Source of the DNA: Mobula hypostoma
Taxonomy: Eukaryota
Length of the DNA stretch: 64,000 bases
Direction of reading: 5' to 3'
NCBI RefSeq assembly: GCF_963921235.1
Contig: NC_086105.1
Coordinates: 50,096,001-50,160,000 of the forward strand
Numbering within the stretch: position 1 is the first letter of the stretch; the number at the start of each line of letters is the position of its first letter. This document shows, one piece after another, positions 58,440-64,000 of this stretch. Under the pieces are notes generated by a model that saw only the letters and a list, made by a program, of their open reading frames with translations, had not been told where the DNA came from and made no database searches. A program made the translations under genes and the position numbers.

Positions 58440-60030
58440 ACTATAAAACCATAGGCCATTCAGCCCATCTGGTCCACTCCAGCATTTGACCATGGCTGAT
58501 TATCATCCCTGTCTTTCTCCTGCCTTCTCTCCATAACCTTTGACATCATTACTAAGCAAGAATCTATCAACCTCCACTTTAACTATACCCAGTGACTTGG
58601 CCTCTGCAGCCATTTTGGCAATGAATTCCACGGACTCACCACTGTCTGGCTAAAGAAAATTTCAAAGTAAACTTATTTTCAAAGTACAGTCAACCTTCAC
58701 TAATCCGACTACTTGTAATCCAGTTTCTTCGATAATCCAGCACTGATTATGCTTAATGTGATCCTTCTGTAATTCAGCATTTTCATTAATCTGGCACTCC
58801 TCAGATCCCAATGGTGCCGGATTAGTGAAGGTTGACCTGTACCTATACATCACAACATACAATCTTGGGATTCATTTTCTTGCAGGCATTCATAGTAAAT
58901 ACAAGAAACACAATAGAATCAATGAAAGACAGCCCCCAACAGGATGGACGAAAAACCAATGTGCAAAAGACAACAAACTCTACAAATACAAAAATAATAA
59001 AAAAAATAAATAATAGTAATACTAATAATAAAAAAGCAATAAATATTGAGAACATGAGATGAAGAGTGACATAAGTCCATTGGTTGTGGGAACAGTTCAG
59101 TGATAGGGCAAGTGAAGTGGAGTGAAGTTATCCCCTTTTGTTCAAGAGCTTGATGGTGTGGATCCTGAGGCTCCTGTGCCTTCTTCCTGATTGGTGTTTC
59201 CATACCATGTTGTGATGTAACCAGTCCATATACTCCCCTATCTGTAGAAGATTGTCAAAGTTTGGGATGACATGCCGAAGCTTCGCAACTTCTAAGAAAG
59301 CAGAGATTTTGCCATGCTTTCTTCATAAAGGCACTTATTTGCTGGATCCAGGACAAATCCTCTGAAATGATAACACCAAAGAATTTAAAGTTGCTGGCGC
59401 TCTGATCCCCCAGTGAGAAATGGCTCATGGATCTTAGCTTCCTTTTCCTGAAATCAATAATCAGCTCCGTGGTCTTGAAGATATTGAGTGAGAAGTTGTT
59501 GTTGTGGCACCACTCAGCCAGATTTTCAATCTCTCTCCAGTGTGCCGATACATCACCACCTTTGATTCAGCCAGTGAAAGTAGGGTCATCAGCAAATTTA
59601 AATATGGCCTTGGAGCTGTGTTTACAGTCACAGTCACGAGTATAAATTCATCCTTATCTCTTTTCTAAAGCCATGTCCTTGTATTCTAAGGCTGTGCCCT
59701 CTGGACCTAGACTCACCCACTAACAGAAACATCCTCTCCACATCCACACTACCTAGGCCTTTCAATATTCAATAGGTTCCTCCCTTACCTTTCTAAACTC
59801 TAGTGAGTACAGGCCCAGAGCCATCAAAAGTTCCCCATACATTAACCCTTTCATTCCTGGGATCATTCTGGACCCTCTCCAATACCAGACGTCCTTTTGT
59901 AGGTAAGGGTCAAAAACTGCTCACAATACTCCAAATGCAGTCTGACCAACCCTCAGCACCACATCCTTGTTTTTATATTCTTGTCTTCTTGAAATGAATG
60001 TTAACTTTGCATTTGCCTTCCTTACTATCT
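58440..60030 (-). mobile_element. CR1 3' fragment interrupted (~58662-59645) by Rex/L2-group LINE pieces
   Basis: Host GGCTAAAGAAAAT / AAATTCATCCTTATCTC is collinear; insert shows the FADD-like region and tail of the 26862-27527 family. Confidence 0.7.
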
Positions 60031-60554
60031 TACCACTAAATGTCATCCAATAGTCCAGAAAATCAACTACTCTGCCAGCCACCAAAGTCCCAGACATGCT
60101 AGTGTATCACAATTTCACATATTTGGCTGTAAATGCAACTAACCGGGGCATGGTATAAGTGTAAGTTATTTTGATCTTCATTTTATTGTGCCATGCTAGT
60201 CCAGTTTTGTAAACTCATTCACAGCACTTGGAAGCAGCTGGTAAAACTACTCACTGGATAGTGATGGTGTTATGAGATCATGAGATCAAATATCGTGACA
60301 GAGCAAAGATGAGGATAGGGTGATATCTGCCCCATAAAGGTGATATGTAACTTGCAAAGGAATAGATTGGTGACGCTCTCATCTGCAAGGACAAGAGCAT
60401 CACACCCTGGTGTGTATTTTATTGCACTAATATCTTGTCTTAAACAGACCTTTTTTCACTGTCTTGTAAAAATTGAGAAGTATATTTCTTCCATTTTTAT
60501 TTGTGTGTGGTCTTTTATCATCATCAGTGTGGAAGAATTGAGCAAGATGGTGTT

Positions 60555-60660
60555 AGGAAGGGTCAGATCTGAAATATTAACTGCGTTTCTCTCTCTACAG
60601 ATGCTGCTGAGTTTTCCAGCACTTTATGTTTTTATCTCTGATTTCCAGCATCTGTGTTTT
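60555..60660 (+). mobile_element. Penelope-like tail remnant
   Basis: TGAAATATTAAC...CAGATGCTGC...GATTTCCAGCATCTG; similar remnants near 44255-44350, 49760-49830, 50055-50170 and 61043-61130. Confidence 0.55.
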
Positions 60661-61184
60661 TGATTTTCATTTCCCATGCTGGGAAGGGTCGCGGGAAAAG
60701 GGTAGATCTCCTAGCATTCTGGCCAACGCTCCCTTCTCATCCCACACCTGCAAAGGAAAATAACTAAAGCAGTCAATTGGCTTCCTGTGTTTGTGGAATC
60801 ATTCCGCGCGCAAACTGCTTTCCAAAATATTTAGATGTGCAATATGGTGCCATATGTTGAGAAATGATAAGCTTCTAATAAACACTCATCATATGGCCTG
60901 ACTACTGTTTAGCTGGGTGCTGTCTGATCTGGATATAACCTGGCTGAAACAATAGGTATTGATGTGCATGATTGTCACACGGAACTGTTTATTAAAAAGC
61001 TTTAAAATAAAACTTACACCAACCTGTTTTATCTCCCTAGTATAAAACATTAACTTTGTTTCTCCTTCAATAGTTGCTGTCTGACCCATGAAGTGTTTCA
61101 AGCATTTCTACTTTTTGTTAAGATTTCCAGTATTTTAAGTTTTATTTTATGTTTTCATTTACTGCTGGAAGCTTTCTTTGCCAT

Positions 61185-61870
61185 CTGTCATCAAGTATTC
61201 AAGTCAGTGGCACAAATCGTTCATCCCTGTACTCAAACCCCTCCTTTCTTCAACTTTCTCCAGCTGTACGAGATCACTGAGCACTGTCAACCTGCTTGAT
61301 CTCTTGTGTGCATCCACTTCGTTTGCCTTGCCCCTTTCTGCCAAGGTTGTAAGGTCCCAACTTCACCCCCTCCAAGGCTTTGCCATTCTACATCCTCTGC
61401 ACTTCCAGTTTCAAATTCCTGCAAGCTTCCGAATGCCCTGGGATTCCTTCCACCACAAAGTCCATGGGGTAGACAACGTGGCTCAACTCTCCGTACTGGG
61501 GCAGATCCACTCTCTTGATCTCAGAAGTGCAGGTCCAGTGGTACGAGCAAGCATCACAAAATAGGGTCTTCCTTGGTGGCAGTGGGTGCCTCGTCATGCT
61601 CTCTTCTCTCCACGAAGTGTTGCTGTACTGCCTCCCTGGCTGTTCGATCTCACTGGAGATCTCAACTGCCTAGTTCACTGGAGCCGACGTCACACGCTAG
61701 GACAGGCATGTCCCTTGTTCACCGGGGTATGAAGCCACCGGCTACCATCACCTGACTTAGCTCTCCTGCCGAAGCAGTGTAGCGGAGTGTGGCTACTGCT
61801 GCACACCAACAGCTGCTCAGAGCCACAGTAAGAGCTGAGTGTCTGGTGGGGACCAAAGGTGAGTGAGCTG
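61185..61870 (-). mobile_element. Possible RTE-derived non-autonomous element
   Basis: Recalled resemblance to RTE 5' UTR and 3' tail; no diagnostic ORF. Confidence 0.3.
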
Positions 61871-61929
61871 TCCAGATCATAAGTTGTAGACTCATAGGTT
61901 GTGCAATCAGTTCAATGTTGAGGTGAGTG

Positions 61930-64000
61930 AAGTTATCTGCACTGGCACTTCAACATTACATCCCGACTCCTGTATTGCATACACTGTTTTAAGAAGGTCA
62001 AAGTGCCAAAAGCTCTCTTCATGACCCTGCCAAACTGTGATGCTACTTTCAAGAAATTATTGATGCTTATTCCCAGATCCCTCCTTTCTAAAACACTCCT
62101 CAGTGCCCTACTGTTCACTCTTTTTAAGTCCTACCATGGATTGTCTTCCCTAAGTGAAACACCTCATACTTGACTGCATTAAATTCCTCAGCACTACCTA
62201 CCCCTCCACCTATCTTCGTATCATCTGCAAATGTTGGCACAAAGCCTTCAATTCCATTATCTAAATCATTGATAAACAATGTGAAAAGTAGTGGTCCCAA
62301 TACTGACCCCTGAGGAACACCACTAGACACTGGCAACCAACCAGAAAAGGCCCCTTTTATTCCCACTCACTGCCTCCTGCCTGTCAGCCATTCTGCTATC
62401 TATGCCAGTATCTTTCCTGTAACGCTTTAGGATTTTATCTTGTTAAGTAGCCTCATGTGTGGCACCTTATCAAATGTCTTCTGAAAATCCAAGTGAATGA
62501 CATCCACTGCCTCTCCTTTGTCCACCCTGCTTGTTACTTCCTCGAAGGACTGTAACAGATTTGTCAGGCAAGAGTTCCCTTTGCAGAAACCAGGCTGACT
62601 TTGACTTATTTTATCATTAGTCTCCAAGTACCTCAAAACCTCATCCTTGATAATAGTCTCCAACACTTTCCCAACCACCGAGGTTAGGCTAACTGGCCTA
62701 TAATTTCCTTTCTTTTGCCTTCCTCCCCTCTTAAAAAATGGAGTGACATTTGCAATCTTCCAGTCCTCTGATGCCATGCCAGAATCAAGTGATTCTTGAA
62801 AGATCATGACCAATGCATTCGTTATCTCTTCAGCAACCTATCTCAGGACTCTGGGATGTAGACTATCTGGTCCAGATGACTTATCCACCTTAAGACCTTC
62901 GAGTTTGCCTAGCACTTTTTCCTTTGTAATAGCAAATGCACTCACTTCTGCTCCCTGACACTCACGGACGTCTGACACACTGCTAGTGTCTTCCACAGTG
63001 AAGGCTGATGCAAAGTACTCACTAAGTTCATCTGCCATTTCTTTGTCCCCCATTACTATCTCACCAGCATCATTTTCCAGTGGTCCAATAACAACTTTCA
63101 CTCCCCTTTACTCTTTACATAACTGAAAAATCTTTTGGTATCCTGCTTTATATTATTGGCTAGACTGCCTTCATGTTTCATCTTTTCACTTCTTATAGCT
63201 TTTTTAGTTGCCTTTTGTTGGATTTTAAAACATCCAACTTCCCACTCACTTTTGCTACCTTATGTGCCCTTTCCTTGGCTTTTATGCAGTCCTTAACTTA
63301 CTTTGTCAACCACGGTTGCCTACCCCTGCCATTTGAGAACTTCTTCCTCTGTGGGACATATCTATCCTGCCTTGTGAACTTATTCCCAGAAACTTCACCC
63401 ATCTCCACTCTGCTGTCATCCCCACCAGAATCCTCCACCAATCCACCTGGGCAAGCTCCTCTCTCATGCCTCTGCAATTCCCTTTATTCCATTGTGATGC
63501 ATGTGAGTTATGCTTCCCCCTCTCAAACTGCAGTATGAATTCAATCATATTATGATCACTGTCTCCTAAGAGTTCCTTTACGTTAGGCTTCCTAATAAGA
63601 TCTGGGTTATTACACAACACCCAATCTAAAATTGCCTTTCCCTCAATAGGCTCAAGCACAAACTACTCTAAAAAGCCATCTTGTAGGCATTCAACAAATT
63701 TCCTCTCTTGCGATCCGAAACTAACCTGATTTTCCCAATCCCCTTGCATATTGAAGTCCCCCATTACAATTGTGACATTACCCTTATTACATGCGTCTTC
63801 CAGCTCCCTTTGCAATCTCAACCCCGTATCTTGGCTACTATTTGGAGGCCTATATATGATTCCCATAATGGGTTTTGCTACCCTTGTAGTTTCGTAACTC
63901 CACCCACAAAGATTTTCAACATTCTCTGACCTTATGTCACCTCATTCTAAAGACGTAATTCCATCTCTTACCAACAGAGCCACACCACTGCCTTTGCCTT
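61930..64000 (-). mobile_element. Decayed CR1 ORF2 (APE endonuclease and RT), continues beyond the window
   Basis: GIIYRPPN, MGDFN, LGDSDHN, NYRPVSLTSVVGK, GVPQGSVLGP and FADD in successive minus-strand ORFs. Confidence 0.92.

Overview
Eukaryotic, repeat-dominated vertebrate DNA. The repeat mix (many CR1 LINE subfamilies, V-domain/HE1-type SINEs, Penelope-like elements, DUF1891-type LINE 3' ends) points to a cartilaginous fish, probably a ray; this is an inference. No complete host gene is recognisable. The best host signal is a CpG-enriched, repeat-free block (~53.4-55.7 kb) with a consensus minus-strand splice donor at 54546/54545, suggesting a first exon and implying that most of the window is one large intron. 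Well-supported elements: a Buster/Charlie hAT copy with both TIRs and an 8-bp TSD (1363-4231); a full-length, decayed DD34E Tc1 element with IR/DR ends (33520-35139); a young Neptune-type Penelope-like element with an open RT+GIY-YIG frame, an inverted 3' copy, two intact minimal hammerhead ribozyme motifs and a 15-bp TSD (38618-43930), itself invaded by a chimeric CR1/L1 insertion; and many CR1, L2/Rex-type, L1, RTE, Tigger and SINE fragments. The least ordinary observations are (i) ~70-bp Tc1-type MITEs that occur alone and also in pairs bracketing unrelated cargo that appears to have inserted as one block, and (ii) recurrent miniature fold-back elements built from hammerhead-bearing Penelope tails. 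I see no support for a wholly new protein-coding system. Boundaries of degenerate fragments are approximate, and family names come from motif recognition, not from searches.
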